Below are positions 29,105-39,653 of a stretch of DNA of 45,370 nucleotides, piece after piece. The stretch's first letter is position 1; each line of letters starts with the position of its first letter. The DNA comes from Streptosporangiaceae bacterium (lineage in GTDB: Bacteria; Actinomycetota; Actinomycetes; Streptosporangiales; Streptosporangiaceae). The notes under the pieces are model-generated. The model saw only the letters and a list, made by a program, of their open reading frames with translations, had not been told where the DNA came from and made no database searches. The position numbers and the translations under genes are program-made. Location of the stretch: contig JBKQMG010000114.1 in assembly GCA_052146815.1 (NCBI GenBank), positions 1 through 45,370 on the forward strand, in the 5' to 3' direction.

Positions 29105-30602
29105 TCATCCGACCTTCGCCAGTGCCGCCGCCGGCCGCAGCCGCGCTGCCCGCCAGCCGCCGAACCCGCCCGCGATGAGGCCGCCGGCCAGCGCGAGCAG
29201 TACCGCGGCGACGACGGCGCCGATTGTCACCGGCGCGGTCAGATTCACCGCTACGGTGTGGCTCGCTGGGGTGAGGTGGTGGAATCCGCCGAACCCGCCG
29301 CCACCGCCCGGGCCGCCGAATCCCCCGCCTCCGCCGAACCCGCCCCCGCCGCCGAAGCTGCGGGCACCGCCGGGTGTCGCGCTGCCGGTGGTCTGGCCGA
29401 TCGAGGCGGTCAGCTTCGGCGAGAAACTCGTCACCAGAGCTGACCCGAGGAAGCCGAGTGCCACGCCGGCGATGCCTCCGGCGATGCCGATCACGACTGC
29501 CTCGCCCATGACCTGCCCGACCACCCTGCGGCTGCGCCAGCCGAGCGCCTTGAGCGTGCCGAACTCCCGGACCCGGCGCGAGACCGCGGCGCCCGTCAGC
29601 AGGCTGGCCAGCAGGAAGGCCGCGACCAGGACGGCGATGGCCAGCCACCGGCCGAGGTTGTTGGCCAGGCTGGAGGTGCTGGCCAGCGAGCCGGTGACAT
29701 CGCTGGCGAGGTCACTGGAGCTGGTCACCGTGGCTTTGGGCAGCGCCGCGGAGATCTCCCTGGATACCGCCGAGATGTTCGAGGCACTGTCAGCGGCTAC
29801 GTAGATCGTGTTGACCTTGCCGGTCAGCGCGGGCGTGGCCAGGGCCTGGGCGCGGGCCAGCGGGATGTACACGTCGGAGGGGCTGTCGCCCTGCGGCTCG
29901 GATACGATTCCTATGACCGGGAAAGTCTTCCCGGCGACTGAGACGGCGGAGCCGACTGTCAGCTTCTTCTGCCTGGCGTAGCTCGAGTCGATCACAGCGA
30001 CGTTGGCGTCGGCGTCCGCCGCGGTGAAGGTCCGCCCGGAGCTGATCTTCCCGGCGCTGAGCGGCCCGAGCTCGCCCTGGCTTATGTCGACGCCTTCGAC
30101 GCCGAAGGTGCTGATGCTGAGCGAACCACGTCCGGATCCGGCGCCGGCACCCGCGCCGCCGAACCCGCCGCCACTGCTGAACGAGGGGATCTTCCCGGAG
30201 ACAGCCGTGTCCGACAAAGTCAGGCCGCCCGCAGCGGCCGACACGTGCGCCATCGCGGCGACGGAGGCCACCGACGACGTGCTCAGCGCGCCGAGGGTGA
30301 ACCCGCCGCGCAGGGTGTTGTTGTTGATCGTCGTGCCCGCGGCCGGCCTGGTGCCCGTGCGGCGGCCGCCGAACCCGAAGCCGAAGCCGCCGGCCGACCC
30401 TGTCGCCGGCGCCTCAGTGACGGTGATGTCGGTGCCGACGCCGTAGAGCGAGTGCAGGACCTGGCCCTGGGCGTTCTTCACGCCCGTGGACAGTGACGTC
30501 ACGGTGATGACCAGCCCGACGCCCACGGCCAGGCCCAGGGCGATCAGGCTGGCCTGGCGACTGCGGCGGCGCAGCTCGCGTCGCAGGTAGGTGAAGAACA
30601 TC
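29105..30602 (-). CDS. ABC transporter permease, FtsX/MacB-type, with Gly-rich low-complexity extracytoplasmic loops
   Basis: An N-terminal TM segment is followed by a large extracytoplasmic domain and a C-terminal FtsX four-TM bundle. The tracts GGFGFGFGG and GGGGGFGGGGGFGGPGGGGGFGGF are encoded by repetitive DNA. A GGGAG RBS is present. Confidence 0.75.
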
Positions 30603-30705
30603 CGCGCTCCCTCTGCACCCCGCGACCCGAGAACCGGGTCTTGGCGGCCGCGGCGCCAGGACCGGGCGCAGGGGCCCTGCGCCGCTACAGATCGTGGCGG
30701 CCTAG

Positions 30706-30900
30706 GCTGAGGACAGGCTGAGGACAGGCGGACTCTCTAGGAATGCGGACTCTGCAGGAACGCGGAACTCTGCAGGAACGCGAATTCTCGCGGTGAGTGC
30801 CTTACCGGTACAGGTGCCGCGTCCTGCCGGTGCAAGTACAGGCGCCGGGGTCTACCGGTGCAAGTACAGGCGCCGGGGTCTACCGGTGCACGTAAAGCCG
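30706..30900. repeat. compound tandem-repeat region: 2 x 11 bp (gctgaggacag), ~4 x 17 bp (gcggactctgcaggaac-like), ~3.5 x 28 bp (ccggtgcaagtacaggcgccggggtcta)
   Basis: Read directly. The last degenerate 28-bp unit (ccggtgcacgtaaagccg) encodes the C-terminal residues YVHR of gene 30880-32445, and the preceding unit supplies its TAG stop codon. Confidence 0.8.
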
Positions 30901-32445
30901 CAGCCAGATGTCTGAGGTCCGCCAGGTGAAGATCTGATGGAAGTGCAGCCCGCGCAGGATCCGCTGGCCCCGGTAACTCACCGGGCTGTTCTTGTTGATG
31001 TTGACGACCCACAGCCGCGATACCCCGGCCAGTCGCTGCTCGATCACCGAGTACGGCGCGTCCGTCCCGGCCAGGGTGCCCGATGGGATCGCTGCCTGCG
31101 CCAGCGCGATGTCGCGCAGCTTCACCAAGCCGTACGGGTAGGCCGCGCCGAAGCTCTCGGCGTTCGGGTTGGTGTAGAGAACCACGTCACCGGGATGGCT
31201 ACTGGCCGCGACGATCTGGTCGGCCTGCCTGATGTCGTCCTTGTGACCGCCCGGCTGGCGAACGACCACCAGGGAGTGATAGCTGATGGCGGCGAACAGC
31301 ACGAAGACGGCGGCTCCGATGATCGCGCCCAGGGCGACGCTCGCGCTGATCCGGCTCAGTGCCGCGATGCCCGCGCCGACGATCAGCGCCACCGCGGGAA
31401 TGCAGAACACGATGTAGCGGAACGTGTACATCGGGGTGAGCAGCGAGCCGAGAATGAGGACCGCCGGCGGCAGGATCACCCAGGGCAGGCACAGCTCGGC
31501 GAGCAGCGGCGGCCAGTTCGCCCGCAGCCGGTCCATCCCGGCCAGGGCGCTGGCCACCAGGCCCGCCGCGATGATCAGGATGGCCGCGATCTCCATGCCG
31601 CGGGAACCGACCAGCTGCCCGATGCCGGACAGGCCGTCGGGCGTCTTCAGCCAGCTGACCTGCCCGCGCTGCAGATACCCGAGGTAGACCAGCGGGCTGG
31701 CCAGGATGCAGCCGGCGGCCGCCGCGCCCGCCCAGCTCAGGGCCAGCGTCCGCCGCCGTTCGCCGTCGGCCGGGTGCAGACAGCGCAGAGCCACCGTCAG
31801 CCCGTTCGCCGGGACCAGGAGCAGGCCGAAAATATTGAGGATGCCGAGCAGCGCGATGCCGGCGGCGTAGGCGAACCACCACTTGCGCCGCTCGCCGGGC
31901 GCCGCCTGCAGCGCCCTGACGAGCAGATAGCAGTCCACGGCGGCCACCGTGACCACCAGGGCGTAAGAGCGGGCGTCCTGCCCGTAAAAGTCGATCTGCG
32001 GCAGGAGGATGAGCACCAGGCCCGCGGCCAGCCCGGCCCGAGGCGAGATCAGCCGCCGTCCGATGGCCGCGACGAAGCCCGCAGCGACGGCCATCGCGAT
32101 CGCCGACGGCAGGCGCAGGGCCAGCTCGCCGTCGCCGAACACCCGCACGATCACCCAGGCGAGCATGTAATACGCGCCGTGGACCGCATCGACGTTGCCC
32201 AGCATGCGGACCATGTCGCCGAAGGGCCGATGGACCGCGGCGAGCGTGGCCGCCTCGTCCCGCCAGAACGAAGGCACGGTAATGCCGATCAGCAGGGCGA
32301 GGAACGCGGCCACCGACGGCACCGCCCGCATCCACAGGGGACCCGGGTCAAACCCCTCCCCCTCGGCCGCCTGCGGCCTGGCAGCGAAGCGGCTGCCCTT
32401 CCTGGCAGACCCGCCGATAACGGCCGGGCCACTAGGAGAGGTCAT
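30880..32445 (-). CDS. GT-C fold membrane glycosyltransferase (GT39/ArnT-like, PMT_2 family)
   Basis: 521 aa and polytopic. A WRDE motif in the first extracytoplasmic loop (PSFWRDEAATL) is typical of ArnT/PMT_2 lipid-linked-sugar transferases. The gene lies downstream of hpnH. Confidence 0.7.
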   Translation of the reverse strand: MTSPSGPAVIGGSARKGSRFAARPQAAEGEGFDPGPLWMRAVPSVAAFLALLIGITVPSFWRDEAATLAAVHRPFGDMVRMLGNVDAVHGAYYMLAWVIVRVFGDGELALRLPSAIAMAVAAGFVAAIGRRLISPRAGLAAGLVLILLPQIDFYGQDARSYALVVTVAAVDCYLLVRALQAAPGERRKWWFAYAAGIALLGILNIFGLLLVPANGLTVALRCLHPADGERRRTLALSWAGAAAAGCILASPLVYLGYLQRGQVSWLKTPDGLSGIGQLVGSRGMEIAAILIIAAGLVASALAGMDRLRANWPPLLAELCLPWVILPPAVLILGSLLTPMYTFRYIVFCIPAVALIVGAGIAALSRISASVALGAIIGAAVFVLFAAISYHSLVVVRQPGGHKDDIRQADQIVAASSHPGDVVLYTNPNAESFGAAYPYGLVKLRDIALAQAAIPSGTLAGTDAPYSVIEQRLAGVSRLWVVNINKNSPVSYRGQRILRGLHFHQIFTWRTSDIWLRLYVHR

Positions 32446-32605
32446 CGCTCAAGTCCTCCGGAATCGGCGGCGTCGGCCACGGCGGGCTCCGCCCGGAAGC
32501 CCGGCGAAGCCCGCGTTCGTGCCGATACTGACATGGAACACTGCGCAGGAACTCTAGCGTTCCGGCCTGCACAGCGAGCCCGGGTACCGGGAAGCCGCCC
32601 GCCTG

Positions 32606-33610
32606 TCAGGCTCCGCGCATGGCGCGAAGCGACTCCCGCAGTGACCCCATCGTAGCCAGCACAGCCGACGGCTCATAACCGCAGTGGGCCATGCAGTTGG
32701 CACACCGCGGGTCCTTGCCCCGGCCGTAGGCCGACCAGTCCGTGGTATCGATCAGCTCCCGGTAGGTCTTGGCATACCCGTCTGACATCAGGTAACACGG
32801 CCGCTGCCAGCCCTTGAGCGAGTACGACGGGATGCCCCAGGCGGTGCAGCCGAAGTCGGCCTTGCCCTCGAGGAAGTCCAGGAACAGCGGCGAGTGGTTC
32901 AGCCGCCAGCGCTTGCGGTTTCCGTCGCCGAACGCCTTCCGGAAAAGCTCGGTCGTCTCCGTCACCCCGAGGAAGTGCTCCTGGTCGGGCGCCCGCTCGT
33001 AGGCGTAGGCAGGCGAGATCATCATCTCGTCGACCTTGAGATCGTCGTTGAGGTAATTGAGCACGTCGATCACCGTCTGCGGCGTATCGGTGTTGAAGAA
33101 CGTCGTGTTCGTCGTCACCCGGAAGCCGCGGCGCTGGCATTCCCTGATGTTCTCGACCGCCTGGTCGAACACGCCCTCCTTGCAGACCGACGCGTCGTGC
33201 CGCTCGGCGAGGCCGTCGATGTGCACGGCCCAGGCGAAGTAGCGCGACGGCTCGAACTTGTCGATCTTCTTGGGGATGAGCAGCGCGTTGGTGCACAGGA
33301 ACACGTACTTCTTGCGCTTCACCAGCTCGCGCACCAGCACGTCGATCTGCGGGTGCATCAGCGGCTCGCCGCCGGCGATGGAGACCATCGGGGCGCCGCA
33401 CTCGTCGATGGCCGCCAGCGCCTGCTCAACCGGCATCCGCTGCTTCAGCATGCTGGCGGGCTCCTGGATCTTGCCGCAGCCCGCACAGGCCAGGTTGCAG
33501 GCGAACAGCGGCTCCAGCTCGACCAGCAGCGGGAACTTGTCCTTCCGCGCTAGCTTCTGGCGCATCAGGTAGCCGCCGACGCGCAGGCTCTGCCGCAATG
33601 GCATGGTCAT
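32606..33610 (-). CDS. hpnH: hopanoid biosynthesis radical SAM protein HpnH (adenosylhopane synthase)
   Basis: The radical SAM CxxxCxxC motif ([14 protein letters not shown]) is present, and the characteristic HpnH C-terminus ([19 protein letters not shown]) matches along the full length. Confidence 0.85.
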   Translation of the reverse strand: MTMPLRQSLRVGGYLMRQKLARKDKFPLLVELEPLFACNLACAGCGKIQEPASMLKQRMPVEQALAAIDECGAPMVSIAGGEPLMHPQIDVLVRELVKRKKYVFLCTNALLIPKKIDKFEPSRYFAWAVHIDGLAERHDASVCKEGVFDQAVENIRECQRRGFRVTTNTTFFNTDTPQTVIDVLNYLNDDLKVDEMMISPAYAYERAPDQEHFLGVTETTELFRKAFGDGNRKRWRLNHSPLFLDFLEGKADFGCTAWGIPSYSLKGWQRPCYLMSDGYAKTYRELIDTTDWSAYGRGKDPRCANCMAHCGYEPSAVLATMGSLRESLRAMRGA

Positions 33611-35106
33611 AGGTGCCTTACCTCCTTGGGAAGGCCGAATCGTATGGATTCAGTGGCGATTACTCGTTCGGTCAGCTCGACTGGCCCGAGGCCAGACAGC
33701 GCGGTGACGATCTCGCTGACCATTGCGGGCGGCGCCGAGGCCCCTGCGGTGATGCCGATCGACGAGGCTCCCGCCAGCCAGCCGAGCTGGATGTCTGACA
33801 AGTCATCGATCAGGTACGCCGGGGTTCCGGCCCGCTCCGCGGTTTCGACCAACCGCCGCGAGTTGGATGAATTGGCTGACCCGGCCACAAGCACCAGGTC
33901 CGACTCGGCTGCGATGGCGCGGACCGCCAGCTGCCGGTTCGTCGTTGCGTAGCAGATGTCATCACTGCCCGGGCCGCGGGCAGCCGGGAAGCGCTCGAGC
34001 AGCGCTTTCACGACCTCGTCCGCTTCCTCGGCCGACAGTGTGGTCTGCATCAGGTAGGCGACCTTCTCCGGGTCGGCCGGCCGCAGGGCCGCGACGCCCG
34101 CGGTGTCCTGGACCAGGACCATCGAGCCCGGCGCCTCGCCCAGCGTTCCCTCGACCTCCTCGTGCCCTGCGTGCCCGATCAGCACGACCAGGTACCCCTC
34201 GGCGGCGAACCGGCGCGCCTCGGCGTGCACCTTCGCGACCAGCGGGCAGGTCGCGTCGATCGTGTCCAGGCCGCGCCGGTCCGCCTGGCCGCGTACGGCC
34301 GGCGAGACGCCGTGCGCCGAGAACACCACCCGCGAGCCGTCGGGGACCTCATGCAGTTCGTCCACGAAGACAGCGCCGCGCTCCTCCAGGCCGGCCACGA
34401 CCCGGCTGTTGTGCACGATCTGCTTGCGCACGTACACCGGCCGTCCGGTCTGCTCCAGCGCCCGGTCGACGATCTCGATCGCGCGCTCCACGCCGGCGCA
34501 GAACGACCGGGGACCGGCCAGCAGCACCCGGCGGGCACCGCCGGCGGCCGCCCATCGGCCGAGGGCCGGCGCGGCGAGGCGCAGCGAGCGCAGCGCCGCC
34601 ACCCCGCCCGACAGCGCCCGCGGGCTCAGCAGTCCCTGGCCGGGACTGTCGGAGACCGCGCGGACCACCACGGAGGGCCGGCCGCCGGCCGCGCCGAGCA
34701 GCATCGCGGATTCCAGGTCGGCCGCGAGGGTGCCGTCAGCGGCGAGCTTCTGCCGGCCGGCGCCGTGCACGATGCGGGGAACGGTGGCTATCTTCCCGGC
34801 CTGCGCGCGCAGGCCGGCCCGCCGCAGCTCACCCGCCAGCAGCGGAGCTGACGGGCAGGCCAGGGTGCCGTCCGGGCCGCTGACCTCGGTGCCGACCACC
34901 AGGTCGCCAGGGGCCAGCCCGCTGCTGACGCCGCCGCCGGTCCCGGCGACGACCAGCATGCCGAAGTCGCCCTGCTTTAGGCTGACGGCCTGGCTGGCGG
35001 ACCGGCGCGCCCCGAACCCGGTGCGCCGCACGTCGCCGCCGGGCATGCCGCGCCGCAGCGCCCGCGCCTCGAGGCCGAGCGGCGCGCACACCAGCAGCCG
35101 GCTCAT
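33607..35106 (-). CDS. hpnG-ispH: single ORF encoding HpnG-like hopanoid-associated phosphorylase/nucleosidase domain fused to IspH (4-hydroxy-3-methylbut-2-enyl diphosphate reductase)
   Basis: The N-terminal ~200 aa have a PNP/MTAN-like phosphorylase character ([20 protein letters not shown]...). They are followed without a stop by a complete IspH ([21 protein letters not shown] ... [10 protein letters not shown] ... IGHAGHEE ... SSNS). There is no in-frame stop between the domains. The ATGA start overlaps the hpnH stop. Confidence 0.7.
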   Translation of the reverse strand: MSRLLVCAPLGLEARALRRGMPGGDVRRTGFGARRSASQAVSLKQGDFGMLVVAGTGGGVSSGLAPGDLVVGTEVSGPDGTLACPSAPLLAGELRRAGLRAQAGKIATVPRIVHGAGRQKLAADGTLAADLESAMLLGAAGGRPSVVVRAVSDSPGQGLLSPRALSGGVAALRSLRLAAPALGRWAAAGGARRVLLAGPRSFCAGVERAIEIVDRALEQTGRPVYVRKQIVHNSRVVAGLEERGAVFVDELHEVPDGSRVVFSAHGVSPAVRGQADRRGLDTIDATCPLVAKVHAEARRFAAEGYLVVLIGHAGHEEVEGTLGEAPGSMVLVQDTAGVAALRPADPEKVAYLMQTTLSAEEADEVVKALLERFPAARGPGSDDICYATTNRQLAVRAIAAESDLVLVAGSANSSNSRRLVETAERAGTPAYLIDDLSDIQLGWLAGASSIGITAGASAPPAMVSEIVTALSGLGPVELTERVIATESIRFGLPKEVRHL

Positions 35107-35158
35107 CGGGCACCACCGGGCAGCCGGGGCCGCGGGACGGTGCAGCGGGTCCCCGGCG

Positions 35159-37092
35159 TCATGCACTGCTCCGCACGTACCGGCCGAGCGCGCTGACGGG
35201 GAAGACCAGCCGGTAGAGGTGGTAGTTGATGGAGAAGTCACCGGGAAAGCCCGTGCCGGTGAACTGCGGCTCGTCCCAGCCGCCGTCGGGCCGCTGGGCG
35301 CCGGCCAGCCAGCTGACCCCGCGCTCGATCGCCCCGGCGGATTCCGCTCCCCCGGCCGCGATCAGGGCCTGCAGCGCCCAGGCGGACTGCGACGGCGTGG
35401 ACTCGCCGCGGCCGGCCCAGCCGGGATCCTCGTAGGAGCACATGTCCTCGCCCCAGCCACCGTCAGCGTTCTGGTGCGCGAGCAGCCAGGCCACCGCGCG
35501 GCGGATCGGCGGCTTGCCGGGCAGCACGCCGGCCGCGATCAGCGCCGGAACCACGGCGCCGGTGCCGTAGACGTAGTTGGCGCCCCATCGGCCGAACCAG
35601 GAGCCGTCGGCTTCCTGGGCCCGCAGCAGCCAGGCCACCCCGCGCTGCGCTGGCCGGCTGCTGGCCAGCCCCGCCACGGCGAGCGCCTCCACGGTATGCG
35701 CGGTGACGTCCGCCGACGGCGGATCGATCACCTCGCCGAAGTCGCAGAACGGCAGCTTGGTGACCAGGCGCGAGGTGTTGTCCGCGTCGAACGCGGCCCA
35801 GCCGCCGTCCCGTGACTGCATGCCGATCAGCCAGCTGATGGTCCGCTGGACGGCTGCCGTCCCGCCCGCCCCTGGCGGCGGATCGGCCCGGCGCAGCGCC
35901 AGCAGCACCTCGGCGGTGTCGTCGATGTCCGGATAGCCGTCGTTGTCGAATTCGAACGCCCAGCCGCCGGGCGCCAGGTCCGGCCGCCGGACCTGCCAGT
36001 CTCCCGGGCCGCGGATCTCCTCGCCCAGGACCCAGCCGGCCGCAGCCGTGAGCGCGGGGTGGTCAGGCGCGACGCCCGCGTCGGCCAGCGCGATCATGGC
36101 CAGGACCGTGTCCCAGACCGGGGACTGGCAGGCCTCCATCCGCCGGACCGGGCCCTGCGGGGTCTGCTCCCAGATGGTGAAGCGGTCCAGGCCCGCGAGC
36201 CCGCGCTTGATGACGGGATGATCCAGCTCGTAACCGAGCAGATGCAGCCCGATGAGCGAGTACACCCAGGGCGGCTGGATGCCGCCCCAGCAGCCGTCCC
36301 GCTCCTGCCGGGTGATGATCCACTCAGCGCAGCGGCGCAGCGCGGCGGTCCGGACCGCGGCCGCGGGCGCGGTCCGCAGGCCGCGCCGGTGATAAGCGTG
36401 CAGCACCCGGTCGAGGTCGCCGAACAGGCGGGACCACGCATCGGCGCGGGCGCCCGCGGCGGCGGCCGCCGCCTGGTCACCGGCGCCCGTGCGCAGCTCC
36501 TCGATTCCGAACGGCAGCGGCCGGACCGGCCGCAGCGAGCCGACGATGGTCAGCGGCACGATGGTCTGCCGCGCCCAGCACGCGAAGTCATACACGTTCA
36601 GCGGGAACCAGGCCGGCAGGTAGATCATCTCCGGGGGCATGACCGGGAGCTTTTCCCAGGGCCACTGGCCGAACAGCGCCAGCCAGATGCGGGTGAACAC
36701 CCGGCTGGCCGCGATGCCGCCCTGCCCGCGGATCCAGGCTGCGGCGAGCGTCATGTGCGCGGCCTGGGGCGCGTCTCCGGCCAGCCGGAGCGCGACGTAG
36801 GCCTCGATCGTGGTGGACAGGTCCGCCCGGCCGCCCTGCCAGTTGGCCCAGGTCCCGTCGCCGCGCTGCTGGGACCTGATCCAGCGGGCGGCCGCATCGG
36901 TCTGCGCGGCTGTCCTGATGCCGAGGAATTCCCGCAGGAGCAGATCCTCGGCGTCCATGGTGACGTTGGTCTCCAGCTCGCCTTTCCACCAGCCGGCCGC
37001 ATCCTGCTGGCTCAGCAGGTGACTGACGCCGCGGTCAAGAGCCTCGCGGGCGATCTGCGCCGTGTCCTTGCGCTGGACCTCTGTAATGGTCA
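35159..37092 (-). CDS. shc: squalene-hopene cyclase
   Basis: 644 aa from MTITEVQ. Multiple QW motifs and the DxDDTA catalytic motif (DIDDTAEV) are present, and the C-terminus is SHC-like. Confidence 0.9.
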
Positions 37093-37158
37093 TGACGCCG
37101 AAACCATTGACTTGCTCCCCTGGAACCTCAGCGGCTGAATCAGCAGGAACCTGAACGT

Positions 37159-38185
37159 TTACCATTGGCGCGCCGTAATGAAGCCGGCGATCCCGGCGAA
37201 CTCGGCGCGGACATCGGGCGGCATATCCGCTTCCGCCAGGCACTTGCCTGCGAGGGCCAGCTGCGCGTCGGCCTCGGCTTCCGCCCACTGGCGGCCGCCG
37301 GCCTCTTCGACCAGGCCGGCCATGCGCGGCAGGTCGTCGTCGCTCAGCGGGCCGTCCCCGGCCAGGCAGGCGGCCAGCTCGCGCGCTGCCGGGCTGCCGT
37401 CGGCGAGGGCGGCCACCACCGGCAGCGACTTCTTCCTGGCACGCAGGTCGGAGTGCACCGGCTTGCCGGTCACCTCCGGTGCGCCCCAGATGCCCAGCAG
37501 GTCGTCGGTGAGCTGGAAGGCCAGTCCCGCATGGGCACCGAACCCGGCCAGGCCCATCGCCAGGCCCGCGGGCGCACCGACATGGATGGCCCCGATGCTG
37601 CACGCGCACGCCATCAGCGCGGCGGTCTTGTCGCCGGCCATCTCCAGGCACTCGGCGAGCGCCACGTCGTCGCGCCGCTCGAAGGCCAGATCAGCGCCCT
37701 GCCCGGCGATGAGGCGCTGCACGGCCGCGGACAGGCAGCGGGCAGCCCAGGGGCTCTGCGGAGCCGGATCCTCCAGCAGCGCGTCCTGGGCCAGTGCCAG
37801 CAGGGCATCCCCGGCCAGGATGGCGGCTCCCACGCCGAAGACCGTCCACGCGGTCGGGCGGTGCCGCCGCTCGGTGTCGGAATCCATGATGTCGTCGTGC
37901 AGCAGGGAGAAGTTGTGCACGAGCTCCACCGCGACCGCCGAGGCGACGCCGCGCTCGGCAGCGGCGCCCGCGGCGCGGGCCGACAGCAGCGCGAGCGCGG
38001 GACGCAGCGCCTTGCCGCTGCCGCCCTCGCCGGGCGCCAGCGGGGTGCCCGTCACGTCAGCCAGGCCCAGATGATAAGCGGCGACCGCCCTGACCTCAGG
38101 GCTCAGGCGGCCGACCATCGCGGCCATGGCCGGTCCCACCAGGTCGCGAGCGGCGGCCACGCCGGCCGGCATGGTCGCGGTCATG
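37159..38185 (-). CDS. polyprenyl diphosphate synthase (FPP/GGPP synthase, HopD-like)
   Basis: FARM LLHDDIMD and SARM LTDDLLG motifs are present. The ATGA start overlaps the hpnE stop. Confidence 0.85.
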
Positions 38186-39653
38186 ACGGCGCTCCGGCCG
38201 GCTGCGGGGCGGCCAGCGCCGCGCCTTCGCCGGCGGCCGCCGGCGGGGCCAGGCCCGCCAGGTCCGCCTTGATCTGTCGTGCCGCGGTCAGGCCGCTTCG
38301 CACCGCGCCCTCCATCGTGTCTGGCCAGCCCGTATCGGTCCATGCGCCGGCGATTACCAGCCCGTCCAGTGCCGTGGCGGGGCCGGGCCGCAGGACGCCG
38401 CATCCAGGCGCCTGCCGGAACGTCGCCCGACGTTCCCTGGTCACAAAGAAATCCCTGACCTGCGCGCCCCGTGCGGCAGGCAGAAGGTCACTGAGCGCCG
38501 GCAAAAACTGCTCCCGCAGCGCTGCGGTAGGCTGGTCGACATAGTCGCCGGCAGCGGACAGTGACACCGCGAGGTACTGCCCAGTCGGCGCGCCCGCACT
38601 CCTGGTCTTGTCAAAAACCCACTGAACTGGTGAGTTAACCCCCGCCGCGAAGGGCAGCCGGGTGACCCGCCGGTCATACATCACGTGCACGTTGATGATC
38701 GGAGAGGGCTCGAGCCTCGCCCAGCCGGCCGCGGCCGCTACCGGCGCGGGCGCCAGGCGGGCCGCGGTCCAGGCGGGAACCGCCAGCACCACGCCATCGG
38801 CGCGCAGCACCTCGCCGCCGCCGGCGGCGGCGTCCCCGTCGGGCCCCTGGCCGGCCTCGCCGCCGGAGCGGCCGCTCTCACCGCGATCGGCCCCGGACAC
38901 GAACCGGACCCTGAACCCGCCGCCAGCGGCGGGCTCGATAGCGACCGCCTTGGCGCCTATCCGCACGTCCGCGCCCAGCCTGCTCAGCTTCGCCGCGGCC
39001 GCCTCGCCGTGCAGCCGCCCGAGCGGGATCACGGGCACGCCGATGTCCGCGGCATCATTGCTCTCCAGCAGCGCCGTCTTGATGACCTTGGCGGCGAGCG
39101 CGGCGCTGGCGTCGTCGCCGCCGATGTTCAGGGTCGAGACGATAAACAGGTCCCAGAGCCGGCGCCGGGCGGACTCGTGCTGAGAGCGGGCCCCGAGCCA
39201 GTCACCCAGCCGCACGCTGTCCAGGGCGGCCGACTCCGGCCGGGCGAAGCGCATGCCGAGCGCGGCGCGGCCCACCCGGAGCCGGTCAGCCAGCGGCAGC
39301 AGCGGGTAGCGGGCGAGCGCTCCGGCCATGTGCAGCGGCGCGGGCAGGCCGCTGCGCCGCAGCCGCGCGCGGCCGCCGGGCGCGAGCACGGTGACGTCGA
39401 ACCTGTCCTGGAGCCGCACCGAACCCGTCATGCCCAGCTGGGCGAGCAGCTCGCGGTAGGCGGTGCAGCAGCGCAGGAAGACATGCTGGCCGTTGTCGAT
39501 CTGCAGGTCACCGCGGGCAAAGGAGCAGGTCGCCCCGCCGAGCCGGGGCCGGGCTTCAAGCAGCGTGACGCTGATCCCGGCCGCGCGCAGGTCCAGTGCG
39601 GCGCCGATCCCGGCCAGGCCGCCGCCGATGACCACGACATGACGGCCGGTCAC
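38181..39653 (-). CDS. hpnE: hydroxysqualene dehydroxylase HpnE (FAD-dependent amine-oxidase-like)
   Basis: The N-terminal FAD fold is VVVIGGGLAGIGAALDL. The gene sits between hpnD and the polyprenyl synthase as in known clusters. Its GTG start overlaps the hpnD stop (GTGA). Confidence 0.8.
   Translation of the reverse strand: MTGRHVVVIGGGLAGIGAALDLRAAGISVTLLEARPRLGGATCSFARGDLQIDNGQHVFLRCCTAYRELLAQLGMTGSVRLQDRFDVTVLAPGGRARLRRSGLPAPLHMAGALARYPLLPLADRLRVGRAALGMRFARPESAALDSVRLGDWLGARSQHESARRRLWDLFIVSTLNIGGDDASAALAAKVIKTALLESNDAADIGVPVIPLGRLHGEAAAAKLSRLGADVRIGAKAVAIEPAAGGGFRVRFVSGADRGESGRSGGEAGQGPDGDAAAGGGEVLRADGVVLAVPAWTAARLAPAPVAAAAGWARLEPSPIINVHVMYDRRVTRLPFAAGVNSPVQWVFDKTRSAGAPTGQYLAVSLSAAGDYVDQPTAALREQFLPALSDLLPAARGAQVRDFFVTRERRATFRQAPGCGVLRPGPATALDGLVIAGAWTDTGWPDTMEGAVRSGLTAARQIKADLAGLAPPAAAGEGAALAAPQPAGAPS

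Noticed and set aside
30706-30900. possible CRISPR array
   Set aside because: The repeats are three different unit types in direct tandem with no interspersed unique spacers of uniform length, and no cas genes are nearby. This is a minisatellite-like tandem array, not CRISPR.
34103-35815. 570-aa and several ~300-aa plus-strand ORFs across the hpnG-ispH/shc region (33867-36221)
   Set aside because: They are antisense to well-supported hopanoid genes and are Arg/Pro/Ala-rich noise from high-GC third positions.
35159-37651. 830-aa reading of the squalene-hopene cyclase ORF
   Set aside because: The upstream 186 codons overlap the polyprenyl synthase gene and are low-complexity. The cyclase begins at MTITEVQ (37092) with normal SHC length.
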